Notes: a model not told the origin generated them from the sequence alone. Numbered from the stretch's first letter, positions 40,663 to 50,254 are shown. The stretch: 64,000 nucleotides of DNA from a virus (IMGVR_UViG_3300023174_000034), one strand, 5' to 3'. Numbers and translations: made by a program.

Positions 40663-41322
40663 ATGTTTCTTACCTTGCTTGAAAGGTTACTGAAACTGCA
40701 ACAACTTAGCCAGGTGATACCGGCCAGCGAGCTGACTGATATCATTCGCAAGGGCATAAAGATACCACAGGTACGACTGTACACACGCAGGAGTCCTGTG
40801 GTTGATTTTGACACAATAAGTGTTGGTGGACTCTACGACAGCTATCTTGATAGAGAAGGTGAGCCTTGTATTGAACTGTCAATCGTGTATCACCCTGACC
40901 AACAGCACATAGACCTTGCAAAACTCAACTGGGCTCAAGTGTGCTTTGATGTGGCAGAATGTGTTGGCCATGAATTTGTACACAGGGAACAACATCAACG
41001 CAAGAAGCGAGTACGCAAGTACAAGAGCCAGGACACTGACCCTGCCAAACGTGCAGAACAAGAATACCTTGGTGCCAGTGATGAGATCGAAGCCTACGGT
41101 TTTACCATTGCCGCAGAGCTGGCAGAACGGCACGACTGTTTTGAACTTGATCAAGCTAAACTAAATGACATTCTTATGTACAAGGTTTACTCCAGTACCT
41201 TTGACACTGATCAATCAGTAGTGTTAAAATTACACAAACAAATCAGTAAATACTTACGTCGACTGGAGATCGAATATGACAAAACAAATTCAAGAGCTAG
41301 AACAAGATCAAGAAGAGATTGA
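40663..41322 (+). CDS. putative zincin-like metalloprotein
   Basis: GHEFVH (HExxH)...DEIEAYG. Confidence 0.55.
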   Translation: MFLTLLERLLKLQQLSQVIPASELTDIIRKGIKIPQVRLYTRRSPVVDFDTISVGGLYDSYLDREGEPCIELSIVYHPDQQHIDLAKLNWAQVCFDVAECVGHEFVHREQHQRKKRVRKYKSQDTDPAKRAEQEYLGASDEIEAYGFTIAAELAERHDCFELDQAKLNDILMYKVYSSTFDTDQSVVLKLHKQISKYLRRLEIEYDKTNSRARTRSRRD

Positions 41323-41506
41323 GTTAGATGAAATCGGCGAAGAGGACTATGGTTTTATAATTGGTCCTGATGGTGAACTCAAGCACTTGTTTACTCCAGA
41401 TGAGTTCTTGTTAGATCCACCACCTATAGTTAAAAAAATTCTCAAACTGCTGGGCATCGCAGATATCAACTCACTGGACTTTGACGGCAACGACATCGTA
41501 CACTAG
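41276..41506 (+). CDS. acidic hypothetical protein
   Basis: Overlapping ORF ending before the terminator. Confidence 0.6.
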   Translation: MTKQIQELEQDQEEIELDEIGEEDYGFIIGPDGELKHLFTPDEFLLDPPPIVKKILKLLGIADINSLDFDGNDIVH

Positions 41507-41508
41507 CC

Positions 41509-41532
41509 AAAAAAAAGCCCTCCGAAGAGGGC
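41509..41532 (-). terminator. terminator for the minus-strand island
   Basis: On minus strand GCCCTC-TTCG-GAGGGC followed by T8. Confidence 0.8.
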
Positions 41533-41554
41533 CAAAGCAACTGCCAACCACCAC

Positions 41555-41776
41555 CTAAAACTGTGCAAGCAATTCTTGTGCTTCTGTTGTGTCTGTGATT
41601 TCGTCTGCAAATGCCAACTGCATGAGTTCAATGATTGTACGACAATCACGTTGTTGAGCAGGCGGCAAGGTGGCAACAAATGCTTCTACTGCCGCACGTT
41701 CCTGCAGATCCCACATGATGTCAGCCAAGGCCATTTGTTTTGTGCTAAGTCCGCGAATTTCGATATCCATTATCAA
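41555..41776 (-). CDS. small hypothetical protein
   Basis: Last gene of the minus-strand operon. Confidence 0.6.
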   Translation of the reverse strand: MIMDIEIRGLSTKQMALADIMWDLQERAAVEAFVATLPPAQQRDCRTIIELMQLAFADEITDTTEAQELLAQF

Positions 41777-41973
41777 GCCCTCAGTAGTTCAACGGTCATG
41801 CAATGTAGCATGTCAACTTCCTCGCGCTCCACATAGAAGTCGGTGCGTGGATCCCAGTACTCGCCTGCCCGAGCATCGTAGTACAACACCCGCCCATTTG
41901 GATAATGGAACGGACCTTCCAGCCCCTTGCGAGGGCCGTATTCTTGGTTGTGTTTGAAAACGGTATAAGCCAT
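41773..41973 (-). CDS. small hypothetical phage protein
   Basis: MAYTVFKH...GRVLYYDARAGEYWDP; start re-set from 42162. Confidence 0.65.
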   Translation of the reverse strand: MAYTVFKHNQEYGPRKGLEGPFHYPNGRVLYYDARAGEYWDPRTDFYVEREEVDMLHCMTVELLRA

Positions 41974-41974
41974 A

Positions 41975-42208
41975 TTAACCCCAATCCTTTTTGTCGCCAT
42001 ACTGTTCGTTGTAGTCATAGCCTGCCATGTAGGCTTCGTATTCAGCAGTACCTGGTTCAGCAGTGATAGGATCACTTGCATAGGTATCACCTGCAAAGTA
42101 ATGCGGACGGGCAGGACGATGGTAGTAGCTGTCTGCACTACCGCGATCAAATGCACCGCCATGGCGGGTGAACTTTTCGGCTATCTTTTTTGCGTCTACT
42201 GCAAACAT
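41975..42208 (-). CDS. small hypothetical phage protein
   Basis: HGGAFDRGSADSYY; AAGGAG RBS. Confidence 0.7.
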   Translation of the reverse strand: MFAVDAKKIAEKFTRHGGAFDRGSADSYYHRPARPHYFAGDTYASDPITAEPGTAEYEAYMAGYDYNEQYGDKKDWG

Positions 42209-42217
42209 GATATCTCC

Positions 42218-42544
42218 TTAGTGTGAGTTGAGAGTTGGGTTGTAAGTACGGATCAATTCACGCTCACGTGCATGAGCAGGCTTGCGTCCGCGGATGATTT
42301 CTACCAGCCCGTAAGTGTGAGCCAGTGTACCGTATTCACGGATGCTCTTGCACAGGTTCCAATCTTTGTTTTCTGTAACAGCACGGCGAACGTGTTTTTG
42401 GACACGCACTTTGAGTGCCTTGCGAACTGAGCCACCGCACACGGTAATACCAATGTACTGCTCACCTGTCACTGTATTGGTGATACAGTAAACAGCATGG
42501 TTAGTATCTTGGCGTCTTTTGCGGGTGGGCTTTTGTAAGTTCAT
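42218..42544 (-). CDS. stand-alone GIY-YIG nuclease-domain protein
   Basis: AVYCITNTVTGEQYIGIT...R...ARERELI...LN. Confidence 0.75.
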   Translation of the reverse strand: MNLQKPTRKRRQDTNHAVYCITNTVTGEQYIGITVCGGSVRKALKVRVQKHVRRAVTENKDWNLCKSIREYGTLAHTYGLVEIIRGRKPAHARERELIRTYNPTLNSH

Positions 42545-42550
42545 GTTATT

Positions 42551-42579
42551 ATTATAGCCGAAATGGGCTTTTTGGTCAA
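42551..42579 (-). promoter_or_regulatory. sigma70-type promoter
   Basis: Minus strand TTGACC-17-TATAAT. Confidence 0.8.
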
Positions 42580-42682
42580 CCGTTTTTTGGATGCTTTTTT
42601 GCTAAGTTAGTGGGCACTAACCTAGTGTTTATGCGGGTCAAAAAGTAGTACAAAAGTGTTACATTTTTGCAACAGTTTTTTG

Positions 42683-43252
42683 CTAGATTTTGCTGGCCAA
42701 ATCCAGGAACTTTTGTGCTTGTTTTGTATAAAATTTGTGCATTTCTAATTTGAGTTGTGCATGCCAGTCCGCTCGTGGCAAACCGGGTTGACTCATTGCT
42801 GACCAGTTGGCAATCTGCAACTGCCCTAGTCCAAGATTTTGAATGGCCAGAGCTGACCAGGGCAAGTCCCACACAGCTCGCATTTCGGTGTGCCGGACCT
42901 GTGCAGATCCATCTGCCCGCACTTCATAGTCAATCATCCAATAGTACAATTCTGTGTCAGCGTCATCCAGCAGTTTGTTCAGCTTGTCCACACTGATCAT
43001 GTTGGGCATGTTTAGATCCGTGCCCAACTGACGAGTTTTCACATCAATGTAAATGGTGCGTCCGTTTTCAACCAAGGCAAAATCCTCTGTGCTCTTGACT
43101 GACCGTGACTTGCGATACTGTTCTGCAAATTGATCCTGTGCAATGGCACAAGCACTTTCTTCTAAAAGATCAGCGTACACACGTTGATTGCCCGAACTTG
43201 GGCAGGTGATTTCAGCTGATTCCAGCAGGGTGGGTAAGGTTTGGATGTTCAT
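42683..43252 (-). CDS. PD-(D/E)XK restriction-endonuclease-like protein
   Basis: E...STEDF...IYIDVKT catalytic pattern; promoter TTGACT-17-TATAGT at 43286-43258. Confidence 0.55.
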   Translation of the reverse strand: MNIQTLPTLLESAEITCPSSGNQRVYADLLEESACAIAQDQFAEQYRKSRSVKSTEDFALVENGRTIYIDVKTRQLGTDLNMPNMISVDKLNKLLDDADTELYYWMIDYEVRADGSAQVRHTEMRAVWDLPWSALAIQNLGLGQLQIANWSAMSQPGLPRADWHAQLKLEMHKFYTKQAQKFLDLASKI

Positions 43253-43325
43253 AAAACACTATAACACAACACCGGGTCAAAGTCAATAAATACTAGATAG
43301 CAAGCCCATTATAAAGGAAAAACAA

Positions 43326-43619
43326 ATGAGTCAATATTACACGATACAAACGATTGAAGGCACCGATACGGTCAAGTTCCAGACCTTGGCAACCAGTTCG
43401 ACTGTTTCAGTTAGCAATGCTTTTACCAGTCGACGCATACTGATCACCACGGGTAACCTGGCTCATTCTGTACAATTTGGCACAGCACCGGGTGTGACCA
43501 CAGCCAATGGTTTTATTGTTCCGGCCAACACCACAATGATCTTCAACTTCAAAAGTGGAAACAAAGTAGCAGCCGCCGCTGTTGCTGCCAGCTCAATGAG
43601 CATACTTGACCTAGACTAA
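43326..43619 (+). CDS. small putative virion protein
   Basis: TAAATA at 43287, AAGGA RBS, beta-rich. Confidence 0.6.
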   Translation: MSQYYTIQTIEGTDTVKFQTLATSSTVSVSNAFTSRRILITTGNLAHSVQFGTAPGVTTANGFIVPANTTMIFNFKSGNKVAAAAVAASSMSILDLD

Positions 43620-43650
43620 CAAAAACAGACCTTGGGTCTAAGGATTATCA

Positions 43651-44061
43651 ATGAGTCAAAAAGATTACGGCATATCAACAGGATTAAGTGTAAGCGGTAA
43701 TATTACCACTGCTGGCAATCTCATTGTGAGCGGCAACATTATTGCCAATCCTGTGTTCAGCAATCTAGGCAGTTCAAATTTGACTGTAACTGGTGGTAGC
43801 CTAATAGGCATTACTGGTGCAAGCACCACATTCCTTGCTACAAATTTTTCAAGTGGAAACATTAGATTAACTGGTAATCTTACCACTACAGGTAATCTAA
43901 ACACAACCGGCAACATCAACACCACTGGTAACCTCAATTTAGTTGGCAACTTTACGCAAACTGGAAACACCAATGTGATTGGCACCTTGCTACTAAACGG
44001 TGAAAACGTCAATACCACTCGTAGCCAGCAACTGGCCTACGGTATTCTTTTTGGTAGTTAA
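43651..44061 (+). CDS. short fibre-like protein with TTGN(L/I) repeats
   Basis: GNLTTTGNLNTTGNINTTGNL. Confidence 0.6.
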   Translation: MSQKDYGISTGLSVSGNITTAGNLIVSGNIIANPVFSNLGSSNLTVTGGSLIGITGASTTFLATNFSSGNIRLTGNLTTTGNLNTTGNINTTGNLNLVGNFTQTGNTNVIGTLLLNGENVNTTRSQQLAYGILFGS

Positions 44062-44125
44062 ACCCGTTGCAATTTCAAACGGAATCGCTTATACTAGTCT
44101 AGTAAAAACTAGGTTAAATACATCT

Positions 44126-46087
44126 ATGATCTTCGGATACTTCATACTATTCATCTCTGTAATAATTTCGGCCATTGCCGCTTGGTACTCTGTTGTGGGG
44201 CTTACTGCCATCTTTGCGGCTGCTGTTGTGCCTGTGATGATCATGGGCGGTGCGCTGGAAGCAGGTAAAATCGTAGCAACTGTTTGGTTGCACAACAACT
44301 GGAAGCGAGTTGGCTACGCATTCAAACTGTACCTGGTGCCTGCTATTGTGTTCCTCATGCTACTCACAAGCATGGGTATCTTTGGCTTCCTTAGCAAAGC
44401 ACACGGTGACCAAAGTCTTGTGTCAGGTGATGCAATGGCTCGAGTTGCTATCTATGACGAAAAAATTCGAATCTCAAAGGACAATATTGATGCGAACCGG
44501 AAGGCGCTTAAACAAATGGATGAAGCTGTGGACCAAGTTATGGGTCGAAGCAGTGATGAAAAAGGTGCCGATAAAGCTGTTGCAATCCGAAGAGCACAGC
44601 AGAAAGAACGTGTCCGCCTTCAATCTGAGATTCAAGCCGAACAGAAAACTATTACCTCCCTTGGTGAAGAAGTCGCGCCACTACGTGCTGAGTTCCGAAA
44701 AGTGGAGGCAGAAGTTGGGCCTATCAAATACATCGCGGCGTTAATATATGGCGATGCGGCCAGCCAGAACATGCTGGAAGCCGCTGTGCGTTGGGTTATT
44801 ATTTTAATTGTAGTTGTGTTTGACCCACTGGCACTCACACTTATTCTTGCCGCCAACAAACAATTAGAATGGGCTCGCAAGGGCAAGGGCGGATGGATAC
44901 ATGATGAAGAAGACCGGCCTGTAGATGAAAAAACGGAAGTGAGCGAGCCCGCGGTAGTTGACGCTGAGCCCACAGTTCAGAGTGTTGCTGTCGAGCCCAC
45001 CCCTACCGAGCCTGTTGTTGAGGAACCGGAACCCACAGAGCATCCACTCACAGAAGAACAACGTGAAGCTCAAGAAATGCAAGCAGTTGAAAACTTCTTC
45101 TGGCGTGGCCGGATGATTGCCAAGGCTCTGGATCAAGAAGAAGCAGAACGTGTGGCCGCCGAAGGCAATGCACAACTGGCAGAATTAGAAACGGAACTCG
45201 ATGTTGATGCGGTACTGGCAAGCCTGGAACAATCAAGAGCTGAAGAAACACGGTTGCAAGCAGAAGCGCAACAACAGCAAGAACTGCTAGATACCTTGGC
45301 CAACGAGTTAATAATATACTCTACACAATTGGCAGATGGACAAGCTCGTAAAGCAGAACTAGAAACACAACTACAACAAAGTGAACAACTCAAGGCTGAT
45401 TTGAAAAGTGCATACGATGCGGCAAGTTCAACCAACCAGACTCTAGCACAACTCAACTCCAAGACACAAAAAGATCTAGTAGATGCTGGCAACAATGCGG
45501 CTAGACTACGCATAGACATCAACAAGCGCGACCAAGAGATTGACAAACTAAATGGGTGGGTTGATCAGCTACAAGCAGATTTACAAGCGGCTATTGCACT
45601 GGCCGCAGAACGCAACAATCGCCTAAACGAATTGCAAGCACAAATTCCTCCTCCCCCTGATGTCACAGTTGAAGAAGTAGTAGCTGAGCCAGAACCAGTT
45701 GTTGTTGAACAAGTAGCAGAGTCAGAAGCAACTGATCCAAATCCAGACTTAGGATTTGAACAACGTTACTTTGCAAAGTACACACAACCGGTGACTGATT
45801 CAACTGAAGGTCGTGCAGACTTTGGTACTGAATTTCCAGACAATCCAAACAAAGGTGACGTGTTCCTGAGAACAGATTACTTGCCAAATCGTTTGTTCAA
45901 GTGGAACAACAACAAGTGGATTGAAATTGACAAAGAGTCAAACGATCGACTGGCATACAACTCAGCTTACATTGAACATCTAATTGACAAAATCCAAAGC
46001 GGCGAATATGACATCGATGATGTGAATGATGCTGAACGCACGGAAATCGAACAGTTCCTGAAGAACAATGGCAGAACCCTACAGTAA
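44126..46087 (+). CDS. membrane-anchored coiled-coil phage protein
   Basis: N-terminal TM helices (ISAIAAWYSVVGL..., LEAGKIV), long coiled coil; start re-set to ATG 44126. Confidence 0.7.
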   Translation: MIFGYFILFISVIISAIAAWYSVVGLTAIFAAAVVPVMIMGGALEAGKIVATVWLHNNWKRVGYAFKLYLVPAIVFLMLLTSMGIFGFLSKAHGDQSLVSGDAMARVAIYDEKIRISKDNIDANRKALKQMDEAVDQVMGRSSDEKGADKAVAIRRAQQKERVRLQSEIQAEQKTITSLGEEVAPLRAEFRKVEAEVGPIKYIAALIYGDAASQNMLEAAVRWVIILIVVVFDPLALTLILAANKQLEWARKGKGGWIHDEEDRPVDEKTEVSEPAVVDAEPTVQSVAVEPTPTEPVVEEPEPTEHPLTEEQREAQEMQAVENFFWRGRMIAKALDQEEAERVAAEGNAQLAELETELDVDAVLASLEQSRAEETRLQAEAQQQQELLDTLANELIIYSTQLADGQARKAELETQLQQSEQLKADLKSAYDAASSTNQTLAQLNSKTQKDLVDAGNNAARLRIDINKRDQEIDKLNGWVDQLQADLQAAIALAAERNNRLNELQAQIPPPPDVTVEEVVAEPEPVVVEQVAESEATDPNPDLGFEQRYFAKYTQPVTDSTEGRADFGTEFPDNPNKGDVFLRTDYLPNRLFKWNNNKWIEIDKESNDRLAYNSAYIEHLIDKIQSGEYDIDDVNDAERTEIEQFLKNNGRTLQ

Positions 46088-46433
46088 CTTTATCACACCA
46101 CCATCAGCAGTCACTGACACATTTCCATCAGTGCTGATCATTGATGCTGACTGGAACGATATAGACAGCGTGGCCATCTGGTGCAAGACTGCATCAGTCA
46201 GTCTCAACATCTACTTGTACAGTGATATTTTTCTAAATGAAACATGGCTGGCCGGCGCCATAAACAAATCTGACAACATAATTATGAACATTGCATCCAG
46301 CGCAGTTGATCACATCAAGCGAGATCTTATCAAAGCACCTAATGTTTGGTACTATGGTGACAAGACATTTTTAGGCAACGATCAAAAGATCGCAGGTGTG
46401 ATGGATTGGTTCGTGACACGATATGGCAACTGA
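46068..46433 (+). CDS. hypothetical protein
   Basis: Coupled ORF. Confidence 0.65.
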   Translation: MAEPYSNFITPPSAVTDTFPSVLIIDADWNDIDSVAIWCKTASVSLNIYLYSDIFLNETWLAGAINKSDNIIMNIASSAVDHIKRDLIKAPNVWYYGDKTFLGNDQKIAGVMDWFVTRYGN

Positions 46434-47631
46434 TCCACATGTACATCATATGAGTTGTGACTTCTGCGGCAAAGCCCGTAGCGAAGTCCACAAGCTCATT
46501 GTAGCAAACGAAGCCGCTATTTGTAATGAATGTATTGAGCTGTGTGCCAATATTCTAGACAAAGAGCGCATTGACAATATCAAAACAGACCGCAAGGTAA
46601 ACCGAGTGCTGGATCCGCAAAAGGTCAAACGGTATCTGGACAACTATGTGATTGGCCAAGACATCGCAAAGATGGCACTGAGTGTTGCAGTGGTCAATCA
46701 CTACAAGCGAGTGTTCTTCAAACCCAAAATTGAATTAGAAAAAAGCAATCTGTTGATGTTTGGTCCCAGTGGCTGTGGCAAAACTTTGCTGGCCAAAAGT
46801 GTAGCACGTTATCTCAATGTGCCTTTTGTTATTGCAGATGCCACTACCCTTACCCAGGCTGGTTATGTGGGCGAAGACGTCGAAAGCCTGATAGGGCGAC
46901 TGCTTTCTGAAGCAGATAATGACATAGAACGATGCCAGCAGGGCATTGTTTTCATTGACGAGATAGACAAGATCAGCCGCAAAGGCGAAAGTGCAAGCAT
47001 CACTCGTGATGTATCAGGCGAAGGTGTACAGCAAGCACTACTCAAAATGGTAGAAGGCACCAAGTGCCGTGTCACAATGAATGGTAGCAAAAAACATCCA
47101 GCAATTGAAACAGTGGAAATTGACACCAGCAATATTTTATTCATTGCAGGTGGCGCATTTGATGGCTTGGAAAAAGTAATCGAACAGCGACAGCGTGGTT
47201 CTGGTATTGGGTTTGTCTCCAACAAAGAGCCCACCAGCGTGACACAGCATGTGACACCTGAGGACTTTATGAAGTATGGGATGATTCCAGAGTTCGTAGG
47301 ACGCTTTCCAATCTCAGTGCAACTAGAACCTTTGACATTGGAAGATTACACCAGGGTCCTAATAGAGCCAAAGAACAGTTTGTTGGAACAGATGCAATTT
47401 TATTTTCACGCAGACGATATTGCATTGACATTTGAAGACGCGGCAATCCTGGCCATAGCACAGCAAGCAATAGAACTGGGTATTGGAGCACGTGGTTTGA
47501 AGACAGTAATGGAGCACACAATGATGCCCATGATGTACAGTATCCATACCATGAAAAAGAACGGCATCAAAGAGTTATCCATTGATGAGTCAATGATAAC
47601 TAATTATACATCTATATCAGGAACCACATGA
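46423..47631 (+). CDS. clpX: ClpX AAA+ unfoldase
   Basis: Zn domain CDFC..CNEC, YVIGQ, GPSGCGKT, GYVGEDVE, IDEIDKI, RDVSGEGVQQALLK, IGF loop. Confidence 0.93.
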   Translation: MATDPHVHHMSCDFCGKARSEVHKLIVANEAAICNECIELCANILDKERIDNIKTDRKVNRVLDPQKVKRYLDNYVIGQDIAKMALSVAVVNHYKRVFFKPKIELEKSNLLMFGPSGCGKTLLAKSVARYLNVPFVIADATTLTQAGYVGEDVESLIGRLLSEADNDIERCQQGIVFIDEIDKISRKGESASITRDVSGEGVQQALLKMVEGTKCRVTMNGSKKHPAIETVEIDTSNILFIAGGAFDGLEKVIEQRQRGSGIGFVSNKEPTSVTQHVTPEDFMKYGMIPEFVGRFPISVQLEPLTLEDYTRVLIEPKNSLLEQMQFYFHADDIALTFEDAAILAIAQQAIELGIGARGLKTVMEHTMMPMMYSIHTMKKNGIKELSIDESMITNYTSISGTT

Positions 47632-47864
47632 GATACAAGCCAGAAAAAATCCAAGGATTAAAAGTAGAAGTAGTCAACGACCAAGTTGAAAAAGCCCTGC
47701 GTAAGTTCAAGAAAAAAGTAACCGAAAGCGGCCTGCTACAAAGTTTGCGTGAACGTGAGTTCTACGAGAAACCAACAACTGCTCGTAAAAAGGCCAAAAG
47801 CCAGGCCAAGCGCCGTTGGCAGAAAAAACTCCAAGCGGAAAGTTTGCCCAAAAAGATGTACTAA
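47628..47864 (+). CDS. rpsU: 30S ribosomal protein bS21
   Basis: EKALRKFKKK...LREREFYEKPTTARKK. Confidence 0.9.
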   Translation: MRYKPEKIQGLKVEVVNDQVEKALRKFKKKVTESGLLQSLREREFYEKPTTARKKAKSQAKRRWQKKLQAESLPKKMY

Positions 47865-47866
47865 AA

Positions 47867-47897
47867 TTGACATCTCCTGAGATTTCAAGTATAAATA
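47867..47897 (+). promoter_or_regulatory. overlapping sigma70 and late-type promoter of hsp20
   Basis: TTGACA-17-TATAAA, where the -10 is part of TATAAATA; UUCG-capped leader hairpin at 47902-47926. Confidence 0.65.
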
Positions 47898-47956
47898 TAC
47901 ATGTAGGACGCCTTCGGGGTCTTACAGACATACTTGCTTAATAAAGGAGAAAACTT

Positions 47957-48409
47957 ATGTCAACTCATCTATATCTAGACCTACCTGCATTGCAACGACA
48001 ATTTGTGGGCTTCGATCAACTGTTCGAAGATATCAATCGCGCATTCGCCGCGACCAAACAAGACAACTATCCCCCGCACAACATCGTACGTATTGGTGAG
48101 AACCGTTACGTGATCGAAATGGCTGTGGCTGGCTTCTTGGAAAATGAATTGGACGTAGAAACTGTCACAAACGGTTACGGTCAAAACATTCTCACCATCC
48201 GCGGAGAACGTCTTCGTGACGAAGATGCAGATCGCCAATACCTACATCGAGGTCTGGCAACTCGCAACTTTGAGCGTAGCTTTCCATTAAATGAAAATGT
48301 GGAAATTTCGGCCGCTACTGTGGCCAATGGCATTCTGACAATCACACTGGATCACAAGATTCCGGAAACGCAGAAAGCCAAGAAGGTTGCAATTACTTTC
48401 TCTAAGTAG
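47957..48409 (+). CDS. small heat-shock protein Hsp20 (IbpA-like)
   Basis: NYPPHNI...IEMAVAGF...YLHRGLATRNFERSF...NGILTI. Confidence 0.92.
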   Translation: MSTHLYLDLPALQRQFVGFDQLFEDINRAFAATKQDNYPPHNIVRIGENRYVIEMAVAGFLENELDVETVTNGYGQNILTIRGERLRDEDADRQYLHRGLATRNFERSFPLNENVEISAATVANGILTITLDHKIPETQKAKKVAITFSK

Positions 48410-48462
48410 TATAATATAGGCTATAGCTACAATCTGTAGCCTAACATTACAGAGAGAAAACA

Positions 48463-48786
48463 ATGTCCGATACAGCAATCAAACCACGTGTTGAAGGTGC
48501 TCTCAAGCACGATCCTAAACTGAACATCCAAGAGCCAAGGCAGTTCAAGGTTATCTTTGTCAATGACGAAGTGACCACCATGGAGTTTATTGTGGAATGT
48601 TTGAAAGCCATATTCCGCTACGAGGAAGAAGCGGCACATGCCAAAACTGTTCAAGTCCATGAAGAAGGATCTGGCGTGGTTGGTGTGTACCCATTTGAAA
48701 TTGCTGAACAAAAGGGCATTGAGGCAACTGTGCTTGCCCGTAACAACGGCTTCCCCTTGCAAATCAAACTAGAAGTGGACAACTAA
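48463..48786 (+). CDS. clpS: N-degron adaptor ClpS
   Basis: FKVIFVNDEVTTMEFIV...VHEEGSGVVGVY..EIAE.K...FPL. Confidence 0.9.
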   Translation: MSDTAIKPRVEGALKHDPKLNIQEPRQFKVIFVNDEVTTMEFIVECLKAIFRYEEEAAHAKTVQVHEEGSGVVGVYPFEIAEQKGIEATVLARNNGFPLQIKLEVDN

Positions 48787-48787
48787 C

Positions 48788-49339
48788 ATGGACGTGATGC
48801 TAGACTTAGAAACTCTTAGTACCCGCCCAGAATCAGTTATTGTCACTATTGGTGCAGTAAAATTCGACCCATGGGGGGAAGACGTTGATACGGACAACGG
48901 CTTGTACTATCGTGTGAACGTAGACGAGCAACTGGCCTTGGACCGCCATGTGCTAGAAAGCACCATCGAGTGGTGGGGTAATCAACCCGAGGATGTGCGT
49001 GAAGAAGCACTAGGCGAAGGCAATCGTGTGAGTCTGGATGAAATGACTCGTGGACTCAACAAGTTTTTGGTCGGCGTAGAAAACATCTGGTGCCAAGGCC
49101 CTGCGTTTGATATTGTGATCCTGGAAAACTTGTATCGTCAACTGAGCAAGCCCACACCCTGGCAGTTCTGGCAAATCCGCGACAGCCGCACCTTGTTTGG
49201 CACACACGGCGACCCACGCGAAAAAGACCGCAAGGCCGCACACAATGCCTTGATGGATTGTTATTATCAAGCCATTGGCGTACAGCATATATACAAACAA
49301 GCACGGATCCCGCACCCTAAAGAAAGATTTGCCGCATGA
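48788..49339 (+). CDS. DEDDh 3'-5' exonuclease (Rv2179c-like)
   Basis: MLDLETLST, FDIVIL, RDSRT, HNALMD. Confidence 0.8.
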   Translation: MDVMLDLETLSTRPESVIVTIGAVKFDPWGEDVDTDNGLYYRVNVDEQLALDRHVLESTIEWWGNQPEDVREEALGEGNRVSLDEMTRGLNKFLVGVENIWCQGPAFDIVILENLYRQLSKPTPWQFWQIRDSRTLFGTHGDPREKDRKAAHNALMDCYYQAIGVQHIYKQARIPHPKERFAA

Positions 49340-49572
49340 CAACTGATGAAAAAATTGACGAGATTTTAATAGCTCTCAGAGGATTAGAAATGAGAATTGG
49401 GTTTATTGAAGACGATCTAAATACTCTCAAAGAAGGAATTGTTGCTATCAATGACACCACAGTGACCATTGCACTAAATGGTGCTACTCAAAGCGGCGAT
49501 GGTGGCAAGGGTGGTGGCGCAAGCAAAAGTGCTAGAATAGCAGAGTTCCAAAAAGAATCGGCCAGGTGGTAA
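49336..49572 (+). CDS. hypothetical protein
   Basis: Coupled ORF. Confidence 0.55.
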   Translation: MTTDEKIDEILIALRGLEMRIGFIEDDLNTLKEGIVAINDTTVTIALNGATQSGDGGKGGGASKSARIAEFQKESARW

Positions 49573-49573
49573 C

Positions 49574-49912
49574 ATGCACATTGTATTGACAGAAAAAGTA
49601 GCGATGGAGTTGCGTAAAAAATACACAGTATTGGAACTTGATACCATGCACGGACCAGCAGGTCCTGTTCCTGCCTATTGTGTAGTTCCAGTAGAAAAAA
49701 TTGCATTGCAAATGTCCAGTCTAGAACAAAATGTCAAACTGCACGAACAGTTGATTGATGCAATGAAAGCAGATGATGTCAAACTAACAGAAGATCTATG
49801 CAACATATTAAAAGGTCAGTTTGGTGGAGAACTTGACAGCTTTTACGACATTGTTATCGAACGTGTGAACAAGACTAAATCCACAGTTCTTGAGCCAGAA
49901 CAAAACACCTAG
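49574..49912 (+). CDS. hypothetical phage protein
   Basis: Operon context. Confidence 0.65.
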   Translation: MHIVLTEKVAMELRKKYTVLELDTMHGPAGPVPAYCVVPVEKIALQMSSLEQNVKLHEQLIDAMKADDVKLTEDLCNILKGQFGGELDSFYDIVIERVNKTKSTVLEPEQNT

Positions 49913-49955
49913 CATAAAAACAGCACGTTAATAAATACAGTTTTAAGGAACCATT

Positions 49956-50252
49956 ATGCGTAAGCTAATAATGGCGTTCCTATTCTGCTTACACAGCGTA
50001 GCCAACGCCCAGGCATTCCAATACCAGCATCCATCACTGTGCGACAAACTTGAAACAGTGCTAGAAAGCATCACACAAAAATTCGGCGAGAGACCAGTAT
50101 GGACTGGACAAGACGTTGGAGACGGCTCGAAGTTTATGTTGTTTGAAAACACCAAACAAAACACATGGACCCTGATCAAGTACAACAAACAGGTTGCATG
50201 TGTGTTGGGTGTGGGCACTGACGCTAAATCAATGTTTGGGACACCGGTCTAA
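49956..50252 (+). CDS. secreted hypothetical protein
   Basis: Signal peptide ending VANA; TAAATA at 49932. Confidence 0.65.
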   Translation: MRKLIMAFLFCLHSVANAQAFQYQHPSLCDKLETVLESITQKFGERPVWTGQDVGDGSKFMLFENTKQNTWTLIKYNKQVACVLGVGTDAKSMFGTPV

Positions 50253-50254
50253 CA

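Noticed and set aside
41974-42162. N-terminal extension of ORF 41773..42162
   Set aside because: It overlaps the RBS-supported gene 41975..42208 in another frame; the start at 41973 is more plausible.
42218-42544. Intron-encoded homing endonuclease
   Set aside because: It does not interrupt a gene and lacks a C-terminal DNA-binding extension; kept as a stand-alone GIY-YIG protein.
47902-47926. ROSE-type RNA thermometer before hsp20
   Set aside because: The UUCG hairpin does not pair with the SD at ~47944; more likely a 5' stabiliser.
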